Positions 47,275 to 57,100 of a DNA stretch of 64,000 nt are shown here, piece after piece. Source of the DNA: Lentimicrobiaceae bacterium (GTDB taxonomy: Bacteria; Bacteroidota; Bacteroidia; Bacteroidales; JAGNHN01); NCBI GenBank assembly GCA_018001695.1, contig JAGNHN010000009.1, forward strand, positions 18,528 through 82,527, in the 5' to 3' direction. The translations under genes were made by a program, and so were the position numbers. The notes below the pieces were generated by a model. It made no database searches and was not told the DNA's origin. It saw only the letters and a list, made by a program, of their open reading frames with translations. The stretch's first letter is position 1, and the number at the start of each line of letters is the position of its first letter.

Positions 47275-47323
47275 CCCGCATGCCCTGTCATCCTGAAGAA
47301 GGGGCAGGCATGCGGGGGCTTTT
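47275..47323 (+). terminator. Rho-independent terminator after the peroxiredoxin gene
   Basis: CCCGCATGCCCTG (47275-47287) pairs with CAGGCATGCGGG (47305-47316) with one bulge, then GGCTTTT. It lies 8 nt past the prx stop. Confidence 0.8.
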
Positions 47324-47337
47324 AACTCCTTTTCCCG

Positions 47338-47709
47338 ATGAAAAAACGTATCGCCATTCCCATGGACGGTTCCGTATTGTCCGCTCATTTCGGTCATTGC
47401 CAGGCATTTGCTTATGTTGATGTCGTTGACCATAAAATTTCTGAAATATCCCTGATGCGACCGCCTGAACATCAGCCCGGATCTTTCCCCAGATGGGTCG
47501 CCGCCCAGGGAGCCACCGACGTCATCGCAGGAGGTATGGGGCCTATGGCCATCAGCCTGTTCAACGAGGCCGGAATCAATGTCTTTGTTGGTGCACCCGT
47601 AGATACACCCTCCAGCCTGGTTGAGCGATTCCTTGCCGGAACACTCGACCTAAATGCAAACTATTGTGACCATGACCATCATAGTGGTCATGGAGCGTGT
47701 AAGCACTGA
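47338..47709 (+). CDS. NifB-C/NifX-type (COG1433) cluster-binding protein, copy 2, with a His/Cys-rich tail
   Basis: 123 aa. RIAIPMDGSVLSAHFGHCQAFAYVDV...ATDVIAGGMGPMAISLFNEAGINVF. Tail CDHDHHSGHGACKH. Confidence 0.8.
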   Translation: MKKRIAIPMDGSVLSAHFGHCQAFAYVDVVDHKISEISLMRPPEHQPGSFPRWVAAQGATDVIAGGMGPMAISLFNEAGINVFVGAPVDTPSSLVERFLAGTLDLNANYCDHDHHSGHGACKH

Positions 47710-48601
47710 TGCAGTGAAAATTGCCATCGCCAGCGGGAAAGGCGGGACAGGGAAAACTACCCTGGCAACCAACCTGGCAGCACTTATTGCTGAAAAACAG
47801 GAAATAGCGCTTGTTGACCTTGACGTGGAGGAGCCCAATTCCGGCTTATTCCTTAAGGCTGAGCAAGTGCACGAGGAAAGTCTGATGAAACAGGTCCCAC
47901 AATGGGATACTGATAAATGCTCGCTATGCGGGAACTGCACCAAAATCTGCCAATTCCATGCCGTCATCCAATTAGGCCCATCTATCCTCATTTTCCCGGA
48001 ATTATGCCATAGCTGCTATGCCTGCAGTGAGTTATGTCCTGAAGGCGCCCTTCCAATGACTGGCCGGAAAATTGGGAAACTCAGGGAATCCCAGGCAGGC
48101 AAGCTACATTTTCTTGAGAGCCGGTTGGACATCGGGGAGGAACAGGCTGTACCGGTTATCGCATACACAAGGAAATATGCCAGCAAGTATGATCACCTGC
48201 CCATCATCTTCTATGACGCCCCGCCCGGCACATCCTGTCCGCTTATTGAAACCATCCGGGATACCGACTATGTCATCCTGGTGACCGAGCCAACACCTTT
48301 CGGACTGCATGACCTGAGTCTGGCCGTGGAAACGGTCCGCATGTTCCGTATCCCCTTTGGCGTTGTATTGAACCGGTTTGGTATTGGAAATGAGGATGTC
48401 CATGAGTACTGCCGGCACGAAGACATTCCTATACTGGCCTGTATTCCCAATGACCGCCGTATTGCACAACTGTATTCCAGGGGAGAACTGGTCTATCGTT
48501 ATGTTCCGGAATTTCGCGCAGCCCTGGAGCCCCTCTGTGATTTCTTTCTTGATCACAATAAAAAAGTACAAGATGAAAGAGATCGTGATGATATCAGGTA
48601 A
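47690..48601 (+). CDS. MinD/ParA-type P-loop ATPase with inserted 2x[4Fe-4S] ferredoxin domain (COG1149), copy 1
   Basis: The track ORF starts at 47654. In-frame ATG 47690 or GTG 47714 (VKIAIASGKGGTGKTT) is more plausible. Deviant Walker A GKGGTGKT. Ferredoxin motifs CSLCGNCTKICQFHAV and CHSCYACSELCPEGAL. Confidence 0.82.
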   Translation: MERVSTDAVKIAIASGKGGTGKTTLATNLAALIAEKQEIALVDLDVEEPNSGLFLKAEQVHEESLMKQVPQWDTDKCSLCGNCTKICQFHAVIQLGPSILIFPELCHSCYACSELCPEGALPMTGRKIGKLRESQAGKLHFLESRLDIGEEQAVPVIAYTRKYASKYDHLPIIFYDAPPGTSCPLIETIRDTDYVILVTEPTPFGLHDLSLAVETVRMFRIPFGVVLNRFGIGNEDVHEYCRHEDIPILACIPNDRRIAQLYSRGELVYRYVPEFRAALEPLCDFFLDHNKKVQDERDRDDIR

Positions 48602-49448
48602 AGGTGGGACAGGAAAAACATCCCTTACGGCGGCTTTCGCCATCCTGGGTGGCAAGGATGTTGTAGTGGCCGATTGCGATGTGGATGCTGCCGACATGCA
48701 CCTGCTGATGAAGCCTGATTATGCTTATTCTGAAGATTTCTTCAGTGGATCGCTGGCGGTGATCGATCCTTTTCAATGCACCGGATGCGGGGATTGCATG
48801 CAGATCTGCCGGTTTAGCGCCGTTGAGGTCAGGAATCGTATTTACAAGGTGGACCCCTTGCGATGCGAAGGCTGCGGCTATTGCGCACGGATCTGTCCTG
48901 CCAACGCCATCAAAAACAAGGAAAAACGGGCAGGTCAATGGTACATCTCAGGTATACGGACAGGCAGCAGCATGGTGCATGCCAGGTTGGCCATCGGTGC
49001 CGATCATTCCGGTAAGCTGGTAGCCAAGGTAAAAAATGAAGCCAAAGACCTGGCTTTCGAAGAAAGATGCACCTATGTCCTCGTGGATGGCTCCCCAGGC
49101 ATAGGATGCCCGGTCATCTCATCCCTATCCGGGGCAAACCTGGCAGTTTTGGTAACAGAGCCCACAATCTCGGGTTTGCATGATCTGAAAAGGGTTTATG
49201 CTGTGGTTAAAAAGTTTGGCATCCAGGCAGGATGCATTATCAACAAAGCGGATATCAACGCGGAAATGCAGCGCCAGATACGTCAGTTTCTTCTTGACGA
49301 AAATATTGTTCACCTGGGTGATCTTCCGTATGATGAAGCATTTACCAAATCACTCGTAGCCGGGAACACCATCCTGGAATCCAACAACGAAACAATAATC
49401 CAACTCATTACAAGGATATGGGATAGAATCAAATCCCTTACCTCATAA
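48573..49448 (+). CDS. MinD/ParA-type P-loop ATPase with inserted 2x[4Fe-4S] ferredoxin domain (COG1149), copy 2
   Basis: The track ORF starts at 48378. ATG 48573 gives MKEIVMISGKGGTGKTS and overlaps copy 1 by 29 nt. Ferredoxin motifs CTGCGDCMQICRFSAV and CEGCGYCARICPANAI. DGSPGIGCPV. Confidence 0.82.
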   Translation: MKEIVMISGKGGTGKTSLTAAFAILGGKDVVVADCDVDAADMHLLMKPDYAYSEDFFSGSLAVIDPFQCTGCGDCMQICRFSAVEVRNRIYKVDPLRCEGCGYCARICPANAIKNKEKRAGQWYISGIRTGSSMVHARLAIGADHSGKLVAKVKNEAKDLAFEERCTYVLVDGSPGIGCPVISSLSGANLAVLVTEPTISGLHDLKRVYAVVKKFGIQAGCIINKADINAEMQRQIRQFLLDENIVHLGDLPYDEAFTKSLVAGNTILESNNETIIQLITRIWDRIKSLTS

Positions 49449-49459
49449 AACACCATTTT

Positions 49460-49798
49460 ATGAAAATTGCATTCACATCACAAGGCACCCACTGGGATGC
49501 CCCCATGGACCCCCGCTTCGGGCGAACCGCCTACATTGCGCTGTTCGATGAGGGAAAGAACGAAATTAAATTTGTCAATAACCAGGAATTGCAGGAAGGA
49601 TCGCATGGCGCAGGCACGGCAACAGCCCAAAAGATCTTCGAACTCCAGCCGGATATCCTTATCACCGGCAATGGCCCTGGGGACAAAGCTGCCATAGCCC
49701 TCCAGCAAACGCAGATTAAAATATTCATTCATGCCAATGACATGAGCCTACGCGAGGCTTATTTGCATTATAAAGAAGGTAAACTCACCGCATTGTAA
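49460..49798 (+). CDS. NifB-C/NifX-type (COG1433) cluster-binding protein, copy 3
   Basis: 112 aa. MKIAFTSQGTHWDAPMDPRFGRTAYIALFD...GAGTATAQKIFELQPDILITGNGPG. Confidence 0.8.
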   Translation: MKIAFTSQGTHWDAPMDPRFGRTAYIALFDEGKNEIKFVNNQELQEGSHGAGTATAQKIFELQPDILITGNGPGDKAAIALQQTQIKIFIHANDMSLREAYLHYKEGKLTAL

Positions 49799-49871
49799 AT
49801 CATTCTAACATTATTTCATTCAACGGAACCTGAAGTTAAACCCACCAGTGTTCCTTCAAAAGAAAAACACC

Positions 49872-51053
49872 ATGAACACAAACGACAAGGGATTCAACAC
49901 CAAGCTGATACATGCTGGTATTTTTGAAGATGAATTTGGAAGTGCCACCGTTCCGATCTACCAGACATCCACCTTCAAATTCAGAAGCGCCCAGCATGGC
50001 GCTGACTGCTTTTCGGGTGCCAGTGACGGATACATCTATACCCGCATTGGAAACCCAACCATTCGTGCTTTTGAGCGCAACATTGCCGAGCTAGAAGGAG
50101 GCTATGATGGTATAGCAACCAGCAGCGGCATGGGCGCAATCACCAGTGTTTATATGGCGCTGCTGAACGGTGGTGACCATATCATCAGTTCAGGTGCTGT
50201 GTATGGCCCGGCGCGGGGTGTCCTGGAACAGGATTTTTCCCGTTTCCATGTCGAGGCCAGCTTTGTTAACACAGCAAATCTGGATGAAATTATCAGTGCT
50301 ATCCGGCTAAATACCAGGGTGTTATATATTGAAACTCCGGCCAATCCGACGATGGAGATCACCGACATCGCTGCCTGCGCAGACCTGGCCAAAAAGCACG
50401 GCCTCACCCTGGTCGTCGATAACACATTCTGTTCTCCCTTTCTCCAAAACCCGCTGGACCTGGGTGCTGATGTGGTGCTGCACTCCATCACCAAATTCAT
50501 CAATGGCCATGCGGATATCGTCGGGGGTGTAATTGTGACAAGGGAAGAAGCGCTTTACAGGAAGATCCGTCATTCTATGGTCTATATGGGATGCAATATG
50601 GATCCGACCCAGGCTTTCATGGTTTTACGCGGTGTCAAAACACTGGCATTGCGCATGGAGCGCGCTCAGGCCAATGCCATGAAAGTTGCCGGCTTCCTGG
50701 AATCCCATCCCAAAGTAGCATGGATCAAGTACCCGGGACTTACTTCCCATCCCCAATATGATCTGGCTTGTCGCCAGATGCGTGGATTTGGCGCTATGAT
50801 GAGCTTCGGACTTAAGGGCGGATACGATGCAGGTAAGAAGCTCATGGACAACGTGCATCTTGCTCTGCTGGCGGTATCCCTGGGTGGCGTTGAAACCCTC
50901 ATCCAGCATCCGGCTTCGATGACCCATGCCGGTATCAGCAAGGAGCACAAGTTGGCGGCAGGTATCACGGATGATCTGGTGCGTTTCTCCGTCGGGATTG
51001 AAGACGTAGAAGATATTATTAAAGACTTAAATCACGGATTATCAATGGTATAA
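49872..51053 (+). CDS. PLP-dependent Cys/Met-metabolism enzyme, most like methionine gamma-lyase
   Basis: The track ORF starts at GTG 49848. ATG 49872 gives MNTNDKGFNTKLIHAG. Motifs: PIYQTSTF, GADCFSG...YIYTRIGNPT, PLP-lysine motif HSITKFINGHAD. MGL versus cystathionine gamma-synthase or OAH sulfhydrylase cannot be settled by eye. Confidence 0.75.
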   Translation: MNTNDKGFNTKLIHAGIFEDEFGSATVPIYQTSTFKFRSAQHGADCFSGASDGYIYTRIGNPTIRAFERNIAELEGGYDGIATSSGMGAITSVYMALLNGGDHIISSGAVYGPARGVLEQDFSRFHVEASFVNTANLDEIISAIRLNTRVLYIETPANPTMEITDIAACADLAKKHGLTLVVDNTFCSPFLQNPLDLGADVVLHSITKFINGHADIVGGVIVTREEALYRKIRHSMVYMGCNMDPTQAFMVLRGVKTLALRMERAQANAMKVAGFLESHPKVAWIKYPGLTSHPQYDLACRQMRGFGAMMSFGLKGGYDAGKKLMDNVHLALLAVSLGGVETLIQHPASMTHAGISKEHKLAAGITDDLVRFSVGIEDVEDIIKDLNHGLSMV

Positions 51054-51064
51054 TAATAAAAAAA

Positions 51065-52426
51065 ATGAAAACCACAGATGTTTTAATTATTGGCGGCAGT
51101 GCTGCCGGGATGGTGGCTGCCGTGACCGGCAAATCATCATGGTCAGACAAAAGGTTCACACTCGTTAAAATGCATAAAGAGGTGATGGTGCCCTGTGGAA
51201 TCCCCTACATTTTCGGTACGCTCGACTCCAGTATGCTCAACATTATGCCTGTCGATACTATACTGGCCAAAGCCGGTGTGGAATCCATCGTAGATGAGGT
51301 CACTGACATTGACAAAGAGGCCAAGACAGTTAAGTTGAACAGTGGAGAAGAGATTCACTATGAGAAACTGGTCATTGCTACTGGTTCTATCCCTGTGCTC
51401 CCGAAATGGCTAAAAGGGACCGACCTGGATCATGTTTTTATAATCCCTAAAGACAAAACTTACCTGGATGATATGAAGGATAAGCTGCACGGGCTTAAGA
51501 AAGTCATTGTGGTAGGCGCCGGATTTATCGGGGTGGAATTCTCAGATGAGTTAAACAAGTCGGGGCATGAAGTGATTCTGGTAGAGAAGGAAGACAGCAT
51601 CCTCTTCTCAGCCTTTGACGATGAGGTAGCCGAAAGAATTGGTGAAATCCTGAAAAACAGGGGAGTCAAAATCATCACCGGGAAAGGTATCGCTGAAATC
51701 CAGGGCAAAACCAAAGTAGAATCGGTATTACTGGAAAATGGAGAACCCCTCCAGGCAGATGCTGTGATTCTGTCCATGGGATACAAGCCCAATACAGAAC
51801 TGGCCATCAAATCAGGGATTATGATGGATGAAAGCGGATTTATCGCTGTAGATGAATACATGCGCACGCATCACAAGGATATTTTCGCCATTGGAGACTG
51901 TGCCCAAAAGCGTGATTTTGTGACACGTAAAAGGGTGCCCACAATGTTAGCTTCAACAGCCTGTGCCGAAGCCAGGGTTGCAGGCATGAATCTTTTCAAT
52001 ATCCATGTTGTAAAAACCTTCAGCGGTACCATCAGCATCTATTCAACTGCGATAGGGGATCATGGATTTGGCACGGCCGGTTTGATTGAACGTCGCGCAC
52101 TCGAGGAGGACATTGCAGTAATAACAGGCACTTTCGAAGGGGTAGACCGTCATCCGGGCAACTTACCGGATACACATAAACAGATGGTGAAATTGATCGT
52201 TGCCAAATACTCGGGTGTCATTATCGGAGGAGAGGTAATCGGAGGATTAAGTGCAGGTGAATTAACCAATGTGATCGGCCTGGCTATCGAAAACAGGATG
52301 TCCGTGAACTCCTTGCTCATTTCCCAGATTGGCACACATCCCTGTCTGACCGCATCTCCGGCTGCCTATCCCCTGATCAAAGCTGCAGAGATCATTTCCG
52401 CTAAGCTACGAAACAACCACTCATAA
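51065..52426 (+). CDS. FAD-dependent pyridine nucleotide-disulfide oxidoreductase (NADH oxidase / CoA-disulfide reductase-like, single redox Cys)
   Basis: 453 aa. DVLIIGGSAAGMVAA (FAD), VPCGIPYIF (the family's conserved redox Cys context), KKVIVVGAGFIGVEFS (NAD), FAIGDCA. Confidence 0.8.
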   Translation: MKTTDVLIIGGSAAGMVAAVTGKSSWSDKRFTLVKMHKEVMVPCGIPYIFGTLDSSMLNIMPVDTILAKAGVESIVDEVTDIDKEAKTVKLNSGEEIHYEKLVIATGSIPVLPKWLKGTDLDHVFIIPKDKTYLDDMKDKLHGLKKVIVVGAGFIGVEFSDELNKSGHEVILVEKEDSILFSAFDDEVAERIGEILKNRGVKIITGKGIAEIQGKTKVESVLLENGEPLQADAVILSMGYKPNTELAIKSGIMMDESGFIAVDEYMRTHHKDIFAIGDCAQKRDFVTRKRVPTMLASTACAEARVAGMNLFNIHVVKTFSGTISIYSTAIGDHGFGTAGLIERRALEEDIAVITGTFEGVDRHPGNLPDTHKQMVKLIVAKYSGVIIGGEVIGGLSAGELTNVIGLAIENRMSVNSLLISQIGTHPCLTASPAAYPLIKAAEIISAKLRNNHS

Positions 52427-52443
52427 CAACTTGACCTTGAGCT

Positions 52444-52508
52444 AAAAAAGAAGGAGGACACAGCTTGATTAAAACCAATCAGGATGAAATGTTTTCCTTC
52501 TTCTTTTT
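52444..52508. terminator. Possible bidirectional terminator between convergent Nox/CoADR-like and abgT genes
   Basis: AAGAAGGA (52448-52455) pairs with TCCTTCTT (52495-52502), flanked by an A-run and a T-run. The loop is long (39 nt) and holds a weaker inner stem (CTTGATT/AATCAGG), so this is a weak call. Confidence 0.3.
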
Positions 52509-52536
52509 CTCATTTTCAATAAGTTAAATAATAATG

Positions 52537-54057
52537 TTACGACCCCGGATAATGAATTCCGGCACCCGGTCCCAGCGGAATGCCCGCAAGTGCCCAGCCG
52601 ATCAACAACAGCGACCACAGCACAAAGAAGACCAGTGAATATGGTAACATGGTGGATATCAGAGTCCCTATGCCCGCCTTTTTGTCATATTTCTCGAAAT
52701 AGACAATAATAAGGGCAAAGAAACTCATCATGGGTGAGATGATATTGGTAACGCTGTCACCAACCCTGAAGACAGCCTGGCTCAGCTCGGGTGAATATCC
52801 TAACAACATGAACATCGGGATAAAGACCGGCCCGAGGATGGCCCATTTCGCTGAAGCACTGCCCATAAAGAGGTTAATGAAACCTGAAAGCATGACAAAC
52901 ATCAGCAATAGTGGCACCAGACCTATGTCTGCTGACTGAAGAAAATCGGCTCCTTTGATGGCAATGATCAGTCCCAGGTTGCTCCATTTAAAATACGCCA
53001 CGAACTGGGCTGCAAAGAAGACGAGCACCAGGAATGAGGCCAATGCCTTGAAACTCTCTACCATGCCCTTCACCACATCACTGTCATTCCTGAACTTCCC
53101 GGTGATGGCACCATAGATGATCCCCATGATGGCCGCTGTGACAAAGAGGAAGGCAATAAATCCCTTCAGCAAAGGTGACTTGAGCAAGGACTGCTCAGGA
53201 CCCCTCAAAAAGCCATCCTGCGGAATCAGCCCCAGCAGGATAATGCCGATGAGCAGGATAGAAGCAATGACCACCCACCGCAAACCCTTACGCTCCTGTG
53301 TATTCAGGTTTTCCATTGTCTCAGGCTGAACATCACCCTTATAGGTTCCCAGCCTTGGTTCAATAAACCGATTCGTGACCCATGTGCCCGCGGCCGCTAT
53401 CACAAACGTACTCACAGCCATGAAATAGTAATTGGCAGTGGGAAGCACATAATAATCCGGATCCAGGATACGGGCTGCTTCTGTGCTCAAGCCGGCCAAC
53501 AACGGATCAATGGTTCCGATAAACACATTGGCGCTGAACCCACCTGAAACGCCGGCGAAAGCGGCAGCAAGTCCTGCCACCGGATGCCGTCCGACCGCAT
53601 GAAAAATGATACCGCCCATGGGGATAATCAAAACATAGCCCAGATCGGAAGCTGTGTTGGAGATGATACCGGCAAATACGATGACAAAGGTGATCAGCTT
53701 CTTAGGTGACTTCAGCACCAGCAACCGTATGGCTGCACTGATCAGTCCGCTGCTCTCCGCTATACCGATACCCAGCAGCGCCACCATGACAATTCCAAGG
53801 GGCGCAAAACCGGTGTAATTGTCCACCATCTCCAGAATGATACGATGTATCCCGTCTCTTGATAGAAGGTTCTCCGTATGTATCCATTCGCCGGTGGCAG
53901 GATGGATCGCACGCCAGTCGAGCCAGTGGCCCAGGGCAGAGAATGCCAGTGCAAGCAAGGCCAGGATGGCAAACAAACTGGCCGGATGGGGCAAGGCATT
54001 GCCTCCCCTTTCGACCATGTTCAGAAAAGAGGATGTAAGGCTTCTTTTTACTTTCAT
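52537..54057 (-). CDS. AbgT-family transporter (p-aminobenzoyl-glutamate/antimetabolite efflux family)
   Basis: 506 aa, polytopic. N-terminal FLNMVERGGNALPHPASLFAILALLA is typical of AbgT. Confidence 0.85.
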   Translation of the reverse strand: MKVKRSLTSSFLNMVERGGNALPHPASLFAILALLALAFSALGHWLDWRAIHPATGEWIHTENLLSRDGIHRIILEMVDNYTGFAPLGIVMVALLGIGIAESSGLISAAIRLLVLKSPKKLITFVIVFAGIISNTASDLGYVLIIPMGGIIFHAVGRHPVAGLAAAFAGVSGGFSANVFIGTIDPLLAGLSTEAARILDPDYYVLPTANYYFMAVSTFVIAAAGTWVTNRFIEPRLGTYKGDVQPETMENLNTQERKGLRWVVIASILLIGIILLGLIPQDGFLRGPEQSLLKSPLLKGFIAFLFVTAAIMGIIYGAITGKFRNDSDVVKGMVESFKALASFLVLVFFAAQFVAYFKWSNLGLIIAIKGADFLQSADIGLVPLLLMFVMLSGFINLFMGSASAKWAILGPVFIPMFMLLGYSPELSQAVFRVGDSVTNIISPMMSFFALIIVYFEKYDKKAGIGTLISTMLPYSLVFFVLWSLLLIGWALAGIPLGPGAGIHYPGS

Positions 54058-54167
54058 GCTTTTGTGGGTTGATCACAGTGAACTATGCACATGCAAGCTT
54101 TATTCATATGAACACCCATGTACATCCTTTTGTTTAACGGGGTGTACAGAAAGACAAAAGCATAATT

Positions 54168-57100
54168 TCAGGACCTGGTCAGCGCAGCCTGGAATTCCAT
54201 CTCAAACCGCTGACTCAGATGATTGCAGCCATGGGCAAACAATGGACCCGGCGTATCTTCCGAAGTCAGGAACAAAGGCATGAGCGTAGCGTGATATTCA
54301 GGTAAGAGCGACATCACTTCCGATCTCACTGTCAGCACATCACCTTCTGCTTTCAAGCCCAATGCTGCCATGATCCCCATGATCTGTGCAGGCCCATCCA
54401 CGCTTACCTGAGTCGGCAATACCGCATCGAACTCCTGGATAATCCGCTGTCCATTCGTGAAGGATCCCCCCATTTCAGCAGGATAAACCGCCGGCAGGAT
54501 GAGATCCGCAAATTCTGCAGTAGGTGTTATAAAATGATCCTGCACCACCACAAATTCAGCCTGCTTCATCCATTTCTTCACCCGCTCAGGGTCCAGGGCC
54601 GTCCCAACGGGATCTTCCCCAAAAATGAACAGCTGCCTGAACAACCCGCCATCCAGGCCTTGCAGGAGATCGTTGACAGGACCTGGCAAGGCAGGGATAT
54701 TCCAGGTGGCCTTCATCCTGGCTTCATTGCCGTTAACCGGCATTCCACCAACATGGAGATATGGATCCACACCCATGTCGAAAAGCCCGTGACTGTTGTT
54801 GTTTTCCTTGAGACCTATCAGACCGTTGGCTGTCTTACCCAGACGGCCTGTGATCAATGCCAGGTTGTACAACTCTATTACGGCCGCCGCACTCATGCCC
54901 TTTTCTGAGAAGAGTATGATGGCCCGTTGTTCCTGGCTGTATTCCCTTGCGAATGTCAGTAAATGGTCTGTACAGCAGGCGCCGGACTTTTCAAAGAGTA
55001 CATCGAAATCCTCCGCCAGCAGGGACTCTCTATATGTCTCGAATCCTTCTGTATTTCCATCAAGGAAAAGCTTGTTCTCCAGCCCATTCGCCAGGATGTA
55101 GTGGTTTACGGCACGCAGGAACCAGTAATAATGGGTAGCGCGGATCACCTGGTCCACCTTATGCCCCATGCGACTGCCTTCTTCCAGATTACTGATCATC
55201 CCCACCTTTACATGATGGCGCTGCCGGGCCATATTGACCATAAAACCCGCTACACCGTGGTCCTCATGCAATTCCGTGCCCATGATCCAAACATGATTGC
55301 AGTGCCTGAGATCCGACAGGAAAGCATTGCGACGACTCGTAAGACCGTAGCCTTCCCCTCTGCCCAGGTAATGAAAACTGCCGACATTGTTGGTCCCTGA
55401 CCCGGCCCTGGCCAGTTTCTGCACCAGGTACTGCTCCTCATTGGTGAGGCGCGCCCCGGCAAAGAAAGCAGACTCATCGGGTGCTACGGCACGTATCTTT
55501 TTCGCGATGAGATCAAAAGCCTCATTGAAGCTGATCTCTTTCCATGCTTCATTTTCTTTGAGCAGGGGTTTCTTCAGCCGGACAGGATCATTATAGTGGC
55601 GGTATCCAAACTTGCCCATGCGGCAGAGGTTGCCTTGCTGATTCACCTGCCCATTTGCACCATGTACCTTCATCACGAAATGTCTTTTGTGCTGCAGTTC
55701 AAGGGTACAGCCTACTGAGCAGTAAGTACAGATCGTCACGCCCTTGTCCAGTTTGACAGGGCCTGGTTTAAAGGGGACATTCTCAGAGATGGCAGCGGTT
55801 GGACAGGCTGAAATGCACAAACCGCAGGATTCGCAACTTGTTTCAAGCAGGGAATTTCCCATGGAAGGTGCCACGAAGGTATCAAACCCACGGTTTATCA
55901 ATCCCAGCGCCTGAGCACCCACGACCTCCTGGCATACACGGATGCAGCGGTTACAGAGTATACATTTGTTATTGTCTATCTCCACATAGGGATGCCGGAA
56001 ATCGACAGAATAATCCCTGTAGCTGCCCTCATAATGCTTTTGCTCTGCACCGTATTCTTCCGATAATCGCTTGAAATCACAATCATAGTAGGCTGTGCAC
56101 CCACATTCCAGACAGCGTGTCGTTTCTTTCAATGCGACCAAAGGACTTTCATAGCCCAGCTCAACCTCTTTGAAATTATTTCTCCTTGCAGGATCCAGGG
56201 TTGGCATTTCCTCTCTTTCCTGGGGGAGATAATGGCCGGCATATTCTGTCGGATGCTGTTCCCTGAAATTATCCTTGCGACTGATGAACTCCTTCTTTGG
56301 GGGTGTGATGGCCTGACCACTCAGAAACTGGTGGCAGGAATGAGCGGCCAGCCGGGCTTGTCCGATGGCCTGAATGAGGGTGGCCGGTCCGGTCACCCCA
56401 TCGCCTGCAGCAAACATACTGTCGATACCTGTTTGCAGCGTCTCAGGATTGGCATCGATATCCCCCCAGCGATTGACTTTCAGCTCACCCTGCCGGGTGT
56501 GGCCATTGATATCGTTGAGGAAATTCACATCCGTCTTCTGACCGATGGCTGCCAGGATGATATCGACTTCCACATCAAACTCCGAACCCTTGACAGGGAC
56601 GGGGCGGCGACGGCCGGAAGCATCCGGTTCGCCCAGTTCCATCCGCAGACAGGTCACTGATTTCACCTCACCGGCCTTGCCCTTGTTCACCATCACCGGG
56701 TTGGTAAGGAACATATATTCCACGCCCTCCAGTTTGGACTCGTGGATCTCGATAGGGTTTGCAGGCATCTCCGCCTCGGTGCGGCGGTAGATGACGTATA
56801 CTTTCTCAGCCCCACAGCGCAGGCTGGTCCGGCAACAGTCCATAGCCGTATTACCACCGCCCACCACGGCAACTTTTTTGCCACGAAAGTCCATCTTTAC
56901 ACCCGTCACCTCCATCTCTTTCAGGAAATCAATACCGGAGTAGACGCCTTTCGCATCTTCGCCCTCGGCTCCCAGAAGGGTACCGGTCTGGGATCCGATG
57001 GCCAGGACCACAGCATCGTACTTTTCCTGCAGATCAGCGTAGTGCAGGTTGTCGCCCAGCCTTTGGTTGTAATGGATCTGCACACCCAGTGCGCTGATTT

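Noticed and set aside
45885-49798. Nitrogen-fixation (nif) interpretation of the three NifX/NifB-C-like genes
   Set aside because: No nifH, nifDK, nifEN or radical-SAM NifB core is in the window. The partners (COG1149 ATPases, DUF134, DUF5320) match the non-nitrogenase Orp-type context instead.
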